From an uncultured Actinomycetota bacterium (lineage in GTDB: Bacteria; Actinomycetota; Actinomycetes; CAVWCF01): a stretch of 64,000 nucleotides of DNA. The notes under the pieces are model-generated. The model worked only from the letters and a program-made list of their open reading frames with translations. It searched no databases and had not been told where the DNA came from. The position numbers and the translations under genes are program-made. The stretch lies in NCBI GenBank assembly GCA_963818455.1, contig CAWFSE010000010.1, forward strand, positions 106 to 64,105. Reading direction: 5' to 3'. Of the stretch, positions 24,961-36,314 are shown in pieces; positions within the stretch are counted from its first letter, which is position 1, and each line of letters starts with the position of its first letter.

Positions 24961-25931
24961 GCCGGGTGGTGCTCGGCATGCAGCACATCGCCGACGACGG
25001 CCGCGGCGAGGGCGGGGCGTTCACCGACCTGATGGCCGACCTGGCGCGGCGCAACCCCGGGATCCACGGCTACGTCGCCGACGGGGCGCTGCGCGGGACC
25101 CACATCGGCCCGCGTCCAGGCCGCCACCGGGTGCGCCGTGGTGTCGCCGCCGCGCCGCAAGACCAAGAAGGGCGGCGGCATCGTCATCGACAAGTACGGC
25201 TTCGCCGCCAAGGCCCTGCCGCCCAGCCGCACCCGCGGCGCCTGGCTTGACGAGTGCGGCGGGCACGACCTGTGGGCCGCCGGGGGGACCCTGTTCGAGC
25301 GCGTCGTCACCTCCGACGGCAGCCCCGACTTCCCCGAGGTCCCCCGCGGGCAGGTCAAGCGGCAGCGCAAGCCCGACGGCACGTACGCCTACTACGCGGC
25401 CTTCCGGCTCCCCTGCCCCCGCACCGGCGACGACCCACGAATGGTGGGAGCCGCTCACCCCCACCCAGGGCGACGCCAAGCACCGGTTCAACCGCTCCGA
25501 GTACCTGCGCGTGCTCCCCGGAAACGACCCCGACTACGACCGGGTCTACGGGATGCGCGCCGACACCGAGAGCCTCAACGCCACCCTCGAGCAGGCCTTC
25601 CACAAGCAGCGGCTGCCCGCCTGGGGCCTGCACAACCAGACCGTCGTCGTGCTGATGGCCGTGATCGCGCAGAACTCCTGGGCCCGCCACGTCTGGAACC
25701 GCGAGCTCGACCGCCAGCACCCCCCGCCCGACCGCGAGGCCGCGTAACCCCCCACCCAGCCCGCCGCCGGCGGGCCGCGAGGCATGCCCGCACACCGGAA
25801 TCGGGGCCGTCCAGCCCCTCGACGGCCGGCCCAGAGGCCCTCCGGCAGCCCGCCTACACTGGGCAATCAGCGAGACGAAGCACCCGCGTGGAACTCCAGC
25901 CAGGTTTTCCGCACGCAATCCCGCACGTCCC
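24957..25931 (+). mobile_element. 5'-truncated DDE (IS4-superfamily-like) transposase gene plus putative right end
   Basis: GYVADGALRGTHI (candidate second catalytic Asp) and YGMRADTESLN (Y-x2-R-x3-E signature). Stop at 25747. CCGCACG repeated at 25909 and 25921, directly before the tRNA. Confidence 0.7.
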
Positions 25932-26007
25932 GCCCTCGTAGCTCAGGGGATAGAGCATCGGTTTCCTAAACCGTGTGTCGGCAGTTCGAATCTGCCCGAG
26001 GGCGCCA
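25932..26007 (+). tRNA. tRNA-Arg (anticodon CCT)
   Basis: GCCCTCG/CGAGGGC acceptor stem, TAGCTCAGGGGATAGAGC D-arm, TTCCTAA anticodon loop, GTTCGAATC T-loop, encoded CCA. 76 nt. Confidence 0.97.
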
Positions 26008-26018
26008 GCCAAGCATCG

Positions 26019-26188
26019 TGTAGAGCCTCGGTTGATGCCTGACATCTGGGCTTCGGCTGAGGCTTTACATGTCTTCGGCTGATGGTTGACAGCTACTCCG
26101 GTTGATTCTTGACACTCCCTGGCAGGAGGGAGGTGCGCCGGGCGCACCCGTTCTGGGGTCCGCGGCGGAGGGGGGCGCGGCCCGCGGA
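26019..26188 (-). mobile_element. IS481-family-like terminal remnant
   Basis: TGT terminus at 26019 and four 19-bp imperfect direct repeats (26026-26044, 26051-26069, 26073-26091, 26096-26114; minus strand TGTCAAGAATCAACCGGAG-like). The adjacent minus frame IRGPRPPPP resembles actinobacterial IS481 transposase tails. Confidence 0.65.
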
Positions 26189-26785
26189 TCAGAGGGGAGT
26201 TGCTCCAAGGGGGGCGGCGGAAACCACCGGCGAAGCCGGGGCCGCTCCCGCGGCGTTGGAGGCGATCACCCGGAACCACCGCTGCCCGCCGGCAACCTCG
26301 ACGTATTGGATGCTGGTCGGCAGCGCACTCGGCGGGGCCGACCCGGAAGACGGGATGTATGAGTAGACGCTCGACCAGAGGTTGACCACCTCCGGCACCG
26401 AGGTCGCCTTGCCTGTCACGACATCCACGCTGGCTGCGACGGTGAAGGGGCCCCCGACCGAGGACGCGTGCTCGACGCGGTACGCCGTGGCGCCTGCCAC
26501 GGTCAACCAGTCCAGGACGATCTCACCAGACCCGCCCCCCGGGGCCGCCCTGGGCAGCGTCACAGCCGGAGGTGGAGACGCCGCCGGTGTGGGCGCTGGG
26601 GAGGTCTGTGCGGGGCTGGGCGTGGTGGGCGCCGCTGACGGCGTGGTGGGCGCCGCCGAGGGCGTCGGTGATGGCGAGGCGGATGCCCCGCCCCCTCCAG
26701 AGTCACGCGTCAGGGCGAACACCCCCAGACCCCCGAGCACAAGCGCCGCCGCGATTCCGACGACCCACCACTGGCGACTGGTCAT
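26189..26785 (-). CDS. Membrane-anchored/secreted protein with Pro/Ser/Thr linker and FN3-like domain
   Basis: N-terminal TM segment, SPTPSAAPTT repeats, IVLDW...ATAYRVE...WFRVIASNAAG. Confidence 0.65.
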   Translation of the reverse strand: MTSRQWWVVGIAAALVLGGLGVFALTRDSGGGGASASPSPTPSAAPTTPSAAPTTPSPAQTSPAPTPAASPPPAVTLPRAAPGGGSGEIVLDWLTVAGATAYRVEHASSVGGPFTVAASVDVVTGKATSVPEVVNLWSSVYSYIPSSGSAPPSALPTSIQYVEVAGGQRWFRVIASNAAGAAPASPVVSAAPLGATPL

Positions 26786-26928
26786 CGCACGCCTCCTCTT
26801 CAATACTCGCCGAAACGGAGGCCGGCCGGCAGAGGCGAAGGTCGCTCGAGAGCCAACCCCCGCTTCGACCCATTGCGAGATCGGCGTATCCCGGCCTGGG
26901 GGTGGTGACCGGGCCTAGGGTTCGCCCC

Positions 26929-27153
26929 ATGACGAAGGCACTCATCCTGGTCCCCGATCCGGGTAATCCGGGCGGCGTGACCCTCCACGAGTACTCCAAC
27001 CTCCACCGAGTCTGGATGGACGGCAGCTCGGACGGCGCCAACAGCGGCATCCTCTGTGTGCAGCCCACCGCCGAGGCCGAGACCGTCTTCTACGCGCCTG
27101 GCGCATGGCACAGCTTCACCCACGGAGACGCCCCGCTCCTGCCTGAGGCCTGA
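26929..27153 (+). CDS. Small hypothetical protein (74 aa)
   Basis: TAGGGT -10 lies 7 nt before the ATG (leaderless). MTKALILVPDPGNPGGVTLHEY... with strong GC3 bias. Confidence 0.6.
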   Translation: MTKALILVPDPGNPGGVTLHEYSNLHRVWMDGSSDGANSGILCVQPTAEAETVFYAPGAWHSFTHGDAPLLPEA

Positions 27154-27431
27154 GCCATTCGCCCGGTGGCCCGCGACGATGCCGGCGCCGTACGCCCCAA
27201 CGCTGAACGCGCGGTACGCCGCGACCTCGCCAGTTCACCCCGGTCCGCCGCTGTCCCTGCCATCGCACCAGCGCACCAGCGCAGGGATGGTGACCGCGGG
27301 CCAAGTCGGCAGCAGGGCGCGTGAGTCGTGGCACCCGGTCGGGCCAGCACGGTGGACCTGCGGCCCGCCGGGTCGAGGGACGTCGCCCGGTCAGGGAAGA
27401 TGCCCTCATCAGGACCTTGCGAGGCGACTCC

Positions 27432-28368
27432 ATGAAGAGACGCGGCCCGATGGCCGCGGCGTTCGCGTCGGCTCGCGGCGATGTGCGTACTCGTCGCGTG
27501 CAGCTCGGCGACCGAGGCGCGGCCCCGAGGGGGCAGCACGTCGAGCTCCGCCGGCACCCCGACGAGCAGCCCAACGACGAGCGTCGCTCCCCAGCCAACG
27601 CCGCGCGCCGCCCCGGCTTCTGCGCCCCCCGCGGCGGCCCCCGCCCCGCCGCAGCCGCTGCCCGCCAGCACCGCGACGAGCCCCACCCCGCGGGCGACGC
27701 CGCCCCCGCCACCTCCGCCGGTGACCCAGACCTCGCGCGACTTCGGGGCCAGCGCGCAGGGCCGTCCGCTCGCCGTCACGCACCGCGTCGCCCACGGGCC
27801 GCGCCTTCCCGCGGTCGTCGTGGTGGGCTCGATCCACGGCGACGAGCCAGCGGGTCCGCGCGTGGTCGACCGCCTGATGGGCCTGGCCCTGCCCGCCGGC
27901 GCCGACCTCTGGCTGGCCCCGACGGTCAACCCCGACGGCCTCGCCGCGCGCACCAGGGGCAACGCCGCCGGCGTCGACCTCAACCGCAACTTCCCCGACC
28001 TCTGGGCGCCGTCGGAACCGGGCGCCGCGACCTACGGCGGCCCCATCGCGGCGTCCGAGGTGGAGACGCGGGCGTTCATGGCCCTGCTCGACGAGGTCGA
28101 CCCCGCGGTCGTCGTCGTGCTGCACCAGCCGCTGAACGGGGTCGACACGTACCGGATGAAGTCGCCGGCGCTCGTGCGTCGCCTCGCCGCGCAGACCGGC
28201 CTGCCAGCACGGGAGTTCGCGTGCGGCGGCGTCTGCCACGGCACGTTCACCGGCTGGTTCAACGCCACGCACCCTGGCGCCGCCGTCACGGTCGAGCTGC
28301 CGAGGTCGCCGTCCAACGCGCAACTCGACCGGGTCGCCCGCGGGATCCTCGCCGGCGCGTACGGATAG
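27432..28368 (+). CDS. M14 family zinc carboxypeptidase (MpaA-like) lipoprotein; indel in signal peptide
   Basis: GSIHGDE, NPDG, RGNAAGVDLNRNFP, SEVET, LHQP, TVEL. Lipobox LVAC. Confidence 0.88.
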
Positions 28369-28381
28369 GAGGACCCCTGCC

Positions 28382-29170
28382 ATGCCACTGCTGAACTCGC
28401 TGCAACCTGAGTACGACCGGGCGCTCGCCGACGAGTTCGCCGCCCAGCCGCTCACCGACCCCACGCCGCTCACGGAGGCCGACCTCGCCCACCTGCCCGA
28501 CCCGGTCCGGCGGTTCATCGAGCGATCCGGCGCCGTCGGCCGGTCGCGGCCGCAGAACATCCGCGTCGAGCTCGACGCGCAGATGTGGCGCAAGCCCGGG
28601 CAGTCCCCGATGGCCGCCCGCTCGCTGCAGTACAACTTCTTCGGCCGCCCCGCTCGGCTGTTCCTGATGAAGGCGCGGATGTTTGGGCTGCCCGTCACGG
28701 CCCGCCACCTCTACCGCGCCGAGGCCGCCACCTTCGCCGTACGGGTCGCGTCGCTGGTGACCATCACCGACCACAGCGGCCCGGTGCTCACCGCCGGCGA
28801 GACCGTGACGGTGCTGAACGACATGTGCTTCTTCGCCCCCGGCGCGCTCGTCGACGAGCGCATCACCTGGCAGCCCGTCGACGACCGGACGGCGACCGCG
28901 ACGCTGGCCAACGGCCCGCACCGCGTGAGCGCCACCCTGCACTTCAACGACCGTGACGAGCTGGTCGACTTCACCTCCGACGACCGCCCGGCCGACGACA
29001 ACGGCACCCTCCGCCCGCTGCGCTGGTCGACGCCGATCGAGGGCTACCGCGAGATCGACGCCAGGCTCCTGCCGACGAGGGGGCGAGCCGTCTACGCCTA
29101 CCCCGAGGGCGACTTCACGTACGGCGCCTTCACGCTGCGCAGCATCGCGTACGACGTGGCGGGTGCCTGA
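28382..29170 (+). CDS. DUF6544-like conserved hypothetical protein
   Basis: AGGAGG RBS. LTEADLAHLPDPVRRF, QYNFFGRPARLF, ETVTVLNDMCFFAPGAL, WSTPI. Confidence 0.75.
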   Translation: MPLLNSLQPEYDRALADEFAAQPLTDPTPLTEADLAHLPDPVRRFIERSGAVGRSRPQNIRVELDAQMWRKPGQSPMAARSLQYNFFGRPARLFLMKARMFGLPVTARHLYRAEAATFAVRVASLVTITDHSGPVLTAGETVTVLNDMCFFAPGALVDERITWQPVDDRTATATLANGPHRVSATLHFNDRDELVDFTSDDRPADDNGTLRPLRWSTPIEGYREIDARLLPTRGRAVYAYPEGDFTYGAFTLRSIAYDVAGA

Positions 29171-29200
29171 CCCGTCAAGCCGCGGCAGCAGCCCGGGCGC

Positions 29201-30962
29201 CTAGTCGACCCGCACCAGCGCTGCCCCGGCACCCGGCAGCACGAGTCCCTGCCGGCCCTCGCCGTCCGCACCAGCGACCGGGTCCCAGGACAGCAGCACC
29301 TCCGCAACAGGCTCGTCGAGGGGCACCTCCGCCCCGAGCGTCGGCGAGGGCGCAGACGACCCGCAGCCGGCCGCGCCGGATGACAAGCCAGCCGGCCGCG
29401 CGGTCGTACTCGACCCCGACGGACTCCAGCCAAGGGTCACGCAGCTCCGGCAGCGCCCGCGCGAGCGCGACGAGGGATCGGTACCAGGCGAGCATCCGAC
29501 GGTGCGGCTCCCGACCCGGCTCCGCCCAGTCGAGCCGCGACGACTCCACCGTGCGCGGATCCTGCGGGTCGGGGATCTCCGAGCCGTCGTGCCACCCGTG
29601 CGCGGCGAACTCCCGCCGACGCCCCTCGGTCACGAGCCGACCGAGCTCTGCGTCGGGGAAGGAGCTGAAGAACTGCCACGGCGTGCCCGCCGACCACTCC
29701 TCCCCCATGAACAGCATCGGGGTGAAGGGCGAGGTGAGGACCAGCGCCGCCGCCACCGCGAGCCTGCCCGGGGCCACCGACGCCGACAGCCGGTCGCCGA
29801 GGGCGCGGTTGCCGACCTGGTCGTGGGTCTGGGTGTACGCGACGAACCGCCAGCCGGGGACGCGGCGGGGGTCCAGCGGGCGTCCGTGGGTCCGCCCGCG
29901 AAACGACGACCAGGTCCCGGCGTGGAAGAAGGCCCCCGTCAGGGTCCGGCGCACCGAGTCCCACGGATCCACGGCGAAGTCGGCGTAGTAGCCCTGCACT
30001 TCCCCGGTGACCAGCGCGTGCAGGGCGTGGTGCACGTCGTCGTCCCACTGGCCCCCGCAGCCGAGCCCGCCCTCATCGCGCGGGGTGACCGTCCGGGGGT
30101 CATTTCGGTCGCTCTCCGCGATGAGGTACCTGGCGGTCCCCGTTCGCTGCGCGAGCCCGTCGACGGCGGCCGAGAGCTCCTCAACCAAGGACAGCGCGCG
30201 CTCGTCGTGCAGGGCGTGGACCGCGTCGAGCCGCAACCCGTCCAGGTGGAAGTCAGACAGCCACCGCAGCGCGTTGTCGACGATGAAGGCTCTGACCTCA
30301 TCCGAGCCGGGGCCGTCGAGGTTGACCGCCGCCCCCCATGGGGTCAGGTGGCGGTCGGTGAGATACGGGCCGAAGCGCTCGAGGTAGTTGCCGCTCGGCC
30401 CGAGATGGTTGTAGACGACGTCCAGGAGGACACCGAGACCGCTGGCGTGGCAGGCGTCAACGAAGCGGCACAGCGCCTCCGGCCCTCCGTACGGCTCGTG
30501 CACGGCCCACCAGGCGACCCCGTCGTAGCCCCATCCGTGCGGACCGTCGAAGGCCGCGACCGGCATCAGCTGGACGAAGTCCACCCCGAGGTCCACCAGA
30601 TGGCCGAGCCGCTGCGCGGCCGAGTCCAGCGTGCCGCCCGCGGTGAAGGTCCCGATGTGCAACTCGTACAGCACCGCGCCCTCGAGCGCGCGCCCGCGCC
30701 ACGCGCCGTCCTGCCATGCGTGGGTGCGTGGGTCGTGCACCGCGGACCAGGCGTGCACGCCGTCCGGCTGGCGGCCCGACCGCGGGTCGGGGAGGGCGGC
30801 CCCGCCATCCACCGAGAACGCGTACCGCATGCCGTGGCGGGCCGGGACGTCGGCCACCCACCAGCCGGGCCGGCCGGGGTCGGCCCGCATCGGCGAGGCG
30901 CCGTCTTCGAGCAGCAGGTCGACGCGTCCCGCCAACGGCGCCCACACCGAGAACTCATCCAC
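29201..30962 (-). CDS. treZ: Malto-oligosyltrehalose trehalohydrolase (frameshift near the C-terminus)
   Basis: FSVWAP, YELHIGTFT, WGYDGV, DVVYNHLGPSGNYL, GLRLDAVHAL, HDQVGNRA, LFMGEEW. Confidence 0.95.
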
Positions 30963-30969
30963 AGCGCCG

Positions 30970-33389
30970 TCACCGCCGCACGAGCAGGGCCACCGGCAGT
31001 CGCTCCAGTAGCGAGGCCACGGAGCACCCGGCCCCCGCGTGGCGCGCGCCGGTAAGGACGTCGAGCCAGTCGCCCTCCGGGAGGACGGCCCGCGCCTCCC
31101 CCCATCCGCCGGAACCGGCCAGGCCCACCGGCAGCCGCGTCACCACGGTCGCCACCCGCTCGGCGCGGATGAACGCGAGCGCGTGCTGCGAGGTCGTCGG
31201 CACCTGCTCGTATCCGCCCTCGGGGCCGAACCACGCAGGGTGCTCCCGACGCAGCCGCAGCGCGCGCGAGGTCACGAGGAGCTTCTCGTCGGTGAGGTCC
31301 CGAGGGGCCTCGCCGGCGTCGAGGCGGGCCAGGCGCTCGGCCAGCCGCGCGAATGGGACGGGCCGGCGGTTGTCCGGGTCGACCAGGGACAGGTCCTCCC
31401 CTTCGCACCCCTGGTAGACATCGGGGACCCCGGGGAGGGTCAGCTGGAGCAGCTTCTGGGCGAGCGCATTCGACCGGTACGCGGGCTCGATCGCGGCGAC
31501 CAGCGCCGCGATATCGGCGCTGAGGTCCGCATCCGCGAGGACCGCCCGGCCATACGAGCGGACCGCGCCGTCGTACGACTCGTCCGGCGAGGTCCACCCG
31601 GTGTGGACCTTGGCCTCCCGGGTCGCCTTCTCGAGGTAACGGCCCAGCCGGTCCGCATCGATCGGCCACGCCCCGACGAGGGTCTGCCAGATCAGGTACT
31701 CCACGGGCCCGTCGGGCCAGCCGTCCGGCGACCGGTATTGCGCGGCCGCGGACTGCCACCGCAGGACGGCCTCCCGCCACTCGAGGGGCATCTCCGAGAG
31801 CACGGCCAGCCGGGCCCGCACGTCTTCGGAGCGCTTGGCGTCGTGGGTCGAGATCGTGGTCATCCCCAGCGGGTTGGCCGCCTGCATCCGGCCAGCCCAG
31901 ACATGCAGCGCGTCCGGCTGGCCGCCGAAGCGGCCCGGGTCGCCCCCGACCTCGTTGAGGGCCACCAGCCGGTGGTACCGGTAGAACGCCGTGTCCTCGG
32001 CCCCCTTGGCCATCACCGGGTCACACGTCTGCTGGAACCGCACGCAGAACTCAGCGCGCCGGCCCCCTGGCCCGCCGCCAAGCCGGCCGAGGGCGAGCTC
32101 GCGTACCAACTCGATCTCGTCCGCGCGGTCAGGGCGCCGCCCGACGGCGAGCTGGGCGCTGCGATCCAGGGCGGCGACCGACTGGGCCGCCGGCTCCTCT
32201 CCCGGCACGACGTAGGCGCGCGAGACGGGCATCGCCGCCAGCACCTCGATCAAGGCCTCGCTGAGCCCGCGGCGGGTGAAATCGCGCAGCATGACGTCGT
32301 CCTGGCAGATCGCCGCCGCCAGGCTGGAGAGCCGGTGGACCTCGGCCCACAGGGAGTGCTCGATGACTTCGCGCTTGGCCTGGTCCTCGACTTCGGCGAA
32401 GTCGCGCAGGTCTGAGTCGGCGAACTGCATCCAGGTGGCCGACATCGCCTCGGCGCCGGCCGGGTCCACCAGCACGTCGAGGACCCGGTTGAGCGCGTCG
32501 TACCCGGTGGTCCCGGCGCAGGCCCAGTCCGCGGGCAAGGCCTCGTCTCCCATCAGGATCTTCTCCACCACGACCCAGCTGTCGCCCGTCGCGTCTGCTA
32601 GCGAGCGCAGATAGCCGGCCGGGTCGGCAAGGCCGTCGATGTGGTCGATGCGGAAGCCGTCGACCTGCCCGCGCTCGTGGGCGGCAAGCAGCCGGGCATG
32701 GGTCTCGGCGAAGACCGCGGGATCCTCGACGCGCACGGCGGCCAGGGTGTCCACGTCGAAGAAGCGGCGGTAGTTGAGCTCCTCGTCGGCGACCCGCCAG
32801 TACGCCAGGCGGTACCACTGGCGGTCCACCAACTCCGGCAGCGACAGCCCTTCGGTGCCGGGCCGCACCGGGAAGGCGTGCTCGTAGTAGCGCAGGAGCG
32901 GCTCCGGCCCGAGGTGTCGAGCACGATCTCCCCGTCCCGCAGGCACAACCCGAGCCGGCGGCCCAGCACCGGCATGAGCACCGCCCGGTCGGGGGTCGAC
33001 CAGTCGACGTCGAACCACCGGGCGAAGGGCGACAGGGGGCCGTCCCGCAGGACCGACCACAGCGGCGCGTTGAGCGAGGCGGGCGTCGGGACGGCCATGT
33101 GGTTGGGGACGACGTCCACGACGACCCCGAGCCCCTGGCTGTCGAGGGCCTCGACCATGCGGTCGAATCCGTCGTCGCCGCCAAGGTCGGCCGACAGGGC
33201 GGAGTGGTCGATCACGTCGTAGCCGTGCTCCGAGCCCGAAGCGGCCTGCAGGACCGGCGAGAGGTAGGCGTGCGAGACCCCCAGAGACGCCAGGTAGCCG
33301 GCGATCTCCGCGGCCTCGTTAAAGCCGAAGCCCGGACGGAGCTGGAGCCGGTAGGTCCCGGTGAACGGGGGTCGGCGATCGGCTCGCAC
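30970..33389 (-). CDS. treY: Malto-oligosyltrehalose synthase (frameshift at about 32905)
   Basis: TYRLQL, GSEHGYDV, DVVPNHM, NYRRFFDV, FRIDHIDGL, VEKIL, MAKGAEDTAFYR, STHDAKRSEDVR. Confidence 0.95.
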
Positions 33390-33392
33390 GGT

Positions 33393-35498
33393 CTACCTCG
33401 GCCTCGACAGGACGATCAGCGAGTGCGAGCGGACCGCGACCCCCGATCCGGCCGAGACGAGCGGCCGGGTCGCGGCGGTGTCGTCCGAGGTGTCGATCAC
33501 GCAGGCCCAGAGCGCCCCGTAGCTCTCGCCGGGCAGCACGAACTCCAGGTCCTCGTGGTGGGCGTTGTAGAGCACGAGGTAGGAGTCATCCACAACCCGT
33601 TCTCCGCGCGCCCCGGGCTCGGCGATGGCCGACCCGTTCACGAAGACGGTCATCGATCGGGCGTACCCGTTCAGCCAGTCCTCGTCGGGCATCAAGGTGC
33701 CGTCCGGGCGCAGCCACGCCACATCGGCGTGGTGGCCGGGCTGCAGCCCTCCCCTCCCGGCGAAGAAGCGCCGGCGGCGGAAGACCGGGTGCTCGGCACG
33801 CAGCCGGGTGAGGTTTCGGGTGAACCCCAGCAGCTCTAGGTCGGGATTCGCCCAGTCCACCCAGGAGATCTCGTTGTCCTGGCAGTAGCCGTTGTTGTTC
33901 CCGCCCTGGCTGCGGCCGAACTCGTCTCCCTGCAGCAGCATCGGGATGCCCTGCGACAGCAGGATCGTGGCCAGGAAGTTGCGCTGCTGACGGGCCCTGA
34001 GGTCGAGCACGGCCGGGTCTTCGGTGTCCCCCTCGGCGCCGCAGTTCCACGAGCGGTTGTGGCTGTCGCCGTCTGCGTTGCCCTCGCCGTTGGCCTCGTT
34101 GTGCTTGTCGTTGTAGGAGACCAGGTCGCGCAGGGTGAAGCCGTCGTGCGCGGTGACGAAGTTGACCGAGGCATGCGGCCGCCGGCCGTCCTCGTGATAC
34201 AGGTCGCTGGATCCGGTGATCCGGGCGGCGAACTCCCCCAGGGTGGCCGGCTCACCACGCCAGAAGTCCCGGACGCAGTCGCGGTAGCGGCCGTTCCACT
34301 CCAGCCAGAGCGGGGGGAAGTTCCCCACGTGGTAGCCGCCGTCGCCGACGTCCCACGGCTCGGCGATGAGCTTGACCTGCGAGACCACCGGATCCTGGTG
34401 GACGAGGTCGAAGAAGGCCGAGAGCCGGTCTACCTCGTGGAACTGCCGGGCCAGCGAGGCGGCGAGGTCGAAGCGGAAACCGTCCACGTGCATGTCCAGG
34501 ACCCAGTAGCGCAGCGAATCCATGATCATCTGCAGCACCTGCGGGTGCCGCATGAGCAGGGTGTTGCCCGTGCCCGTGGTGTCGAAGTAGTGCGCCGGGG
34601 ACTCATCCACCAACCGGTAGTAGGACGCGTTGTCGATGCCGCGGTAGCAGAGCGTGGGGCCGTCGTGATTCCCCTCGGCGGTGTGGTTGTAGACGACATC
34701 GAGGATCACCTCGATGTTGGCCCGGTGCAGGGCCTTCACCAGGCCCTTGAACTCCAGCACCTGCTCGCCCAGCGAGCCGGACGAGGAGTAGCCGGCGTGC
34801 GGGGCGAAGAACCCGATGGTGTTGTAGCCCCAGTAGTTGGAGAGCCCGCGGTCGACCAGGTGCCCGTCATCGAGGAACTGGTGGACGGGCATCAGCTCGA
34901 CGGCCGTGACCCCGAGTCCGCTGAGGTGGTCGAGCACCGCCGGGTGGGCCATCCCCGCGTATGTGCCGCGGATCTCGGGCGGGACGTCTGGGTGCCGCAT
35001 CGACAGGCCCTTGACGTGCGCCTCGTAGATGAGCGTCTCGTGGAACGGGATCATCGGCGGCCGGTCGTACCCCCAGTCGAAGTACGGGTTGATGACCACC
35101 GACTTGAACGTGTGCGGCGCCGAGTCGGACTCGTCCCGCAGCTGGGGGTCTTCAAAGAACCGGTGGCCGAAGACCTCTTGGCCCCATCGGACGTCCCCGT
35201 CGATCGCCTTGGCGTAGGGGTCCAGCAGCAACTTGGCGGGGTTGAATCGGTGCCCCCGCTCAGGCGCCCACGGCCCGTGGACGCGGTACCCGTATCGCTG
35301 GCCGGGCGACACCCGCGGGAGGTAGCCGTGCCAGACGTAGGCGTCGCGCTCGGTGAGCGGGACCCGCCTCTCGCGCCCGTCGGCGTCGAACAGACACAGC
35401 TCGACCGCCTCCGCGTGCTCGCTGAAGAGGGCGAAGCAGGTGCCGTTTCCGTCGAAGGTGGCCCCCAGCGGGTACGGCGAACCGGGCCATACCTCCAT
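33393..35498 (-). CDS. glgX: Glycogen debranching enzyme GlgX/TreX
   Basis: [66 protein letters not shown]. Confidence 0.96.
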   Translation of the reverse strand: MEVWPGSPYPLGATFDGNGTCFALFSEHAEAVELCLFDADGRERRVPLTERDAYVWHGYLPRVSPGQRYGYRVHGPWAPERGHRFNPAKLLLDPYAKAIDGDVRWGQEVFGHRFFEDPQLRDESDSAPHTFKSVVINPYFDWGYDRPPMIPFHETLIYEAHVKGLSMRHPDVPPEIRGTYAGMAHPAVLDHLSGLGVTAVELMPVHQFLDDGHLVDRGLSNYWGYNTIGFFAPHAGYSSSGSLGEQVLEFKGLVKALHRANIEVILDVVYNHTAEGNHDGPTLCYRGIDNASYYRLVDESPAHYFDTTGTGNTLLMRHPQVLQMIMDSLRYWVLDMHVDGFRFDLAASLARQFHEVDRLSAFFDLVHQDPVVSQVKLIAEPWDVGDGGYHVGNFPPLWLEWNGRYRDCVRDFWRGEPATLGEFAARITGSSDLYHEDGRRPHASVNFVTAHDGFTLRDLVSYNDKHNEANGEGNADGDSHNRSWNCGAEGDTEDPAVLDLRARQQRNFLATILLSQGIPMLLQGDEFGRSQGGNNNGYCQDNEISWVDWANPDLELLGFTRNLTRLRAEHPVFRRRRFFAGRGGLQPGHHADVAWLRPDGTLMPDEDWLNGYARSMTVFVNGSAIAEPGARGERVVDDSYLVLYNAHHEDLEFVLPGESYGALWACVIDTSDDTAATRPLVSAGSGVAVRSHSLIVLSRPR

Positions 35499-35555
35499 CG
35501 CACCTCCTAGGCCATCCGCGTAGGCCATCCGCGCCCCGTAGGCCGCGCTTCCAGC

Positions 35556-36314
35556 CTAACCAGGCCCCGGACCGGGAGGTTCGGGCGACGTCGGCCAGTC
35601 CGCCAGGGTGCGCAGGAACGCCTCGCGCACCTCGGCCACGTGGCCGTCGATCCCCTCGACCGTCCACCCCGAGGTGTCGAAGGGCGGCAGCACGCACACG
35701 TCCACCACCCCCGGCGCGATCCACGCGGAGTGGGCGGCCATCAGCTCGCCCGCGTTGCGGATGACGATCGGCACCATCGGCACCCCGCCCTGCATCGCCA
35801 TGTGGAACGGGCCCTTCTTGAACGGCAGCAGCTCGGCCGTCGGCGAGCGCGTGCCCTCCGGCGCCACCGCGATCGACATCCCGGAACGGAGGCTGTCGAC
35901 CACCGGCTGCAGCGCGGCGCGCGCGGCCGTCGGGTCGCTGCGGTCGATGAAGGCCACCGAGGTGAGCCAGCCGAGCGGCCCGAACAGCGGATGCCGCCGC
36001 AGCGACTCCTTGGCGACCCCGGTGAAGTCGTGGCGCAGCAGGGCGCCGAGGATCACCACGTCGAGCTGGCTCTGGTGGTTGAACGCGAAGATGGCCGGCC
36101 GCGGCGAGACCAGGTGCTCGCGGCCCTGCACGCGCAGCGAGACCCGGGCGGTGCGCAGCGCCCGGTCGCAGCCGAGCGACGAGGCGCGGTTGGCGCCCAC
36201 GCGCCGGTCGCCCTTCACCGCCGCCACGGCCGCGCCGGAGACGAAGGCCCCCGCCAGGGCCCCGTACGCGGCGATGCTGCGCCCCTTGCGGGGGGCGCCC
36301 ACGGCCGGGCTCAC
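35556..36314 (-). CDS. 1-acyl-sn-glycerol-3-phosphate acyltransferase (PlsC-like)
   Basis: FNHQSQLD (HX4D), FIDRS, APEGTRS, FKKGPFHMA. GTG overlaps the plsB stop. Confidence 0.9.
   Translation of the reverse strand: MSPAVGAPRKGRSIAAYGALAGAFVSGAAVAAVKGDRRVGANRASSLGCDRALRTARVSLRVQGREHLVSPRPAIFAFNHQSQLDVVILGALLRHDFTGVAKESLRRHPLFGPLGWLTSVAFIDRSDPTAARAALQPVVDSLRSGMSIAVAPEGTRSPTAELLPFKKGPFHMAMQGGVPMVPIVIRNAGELMAAHSAWIAPGVVDVCVLPPFDTSGWTVEGIDGHVAEVREAFLRTLADWPTSPEPPGPGPG

Noticed and set aside
26026-26114. Four-repeat array as a mini-CRISPR
   Set aside because: The repeats are degenerate, the spacers are only 3-6 nt and there are no cas genes. An IS end fits better.
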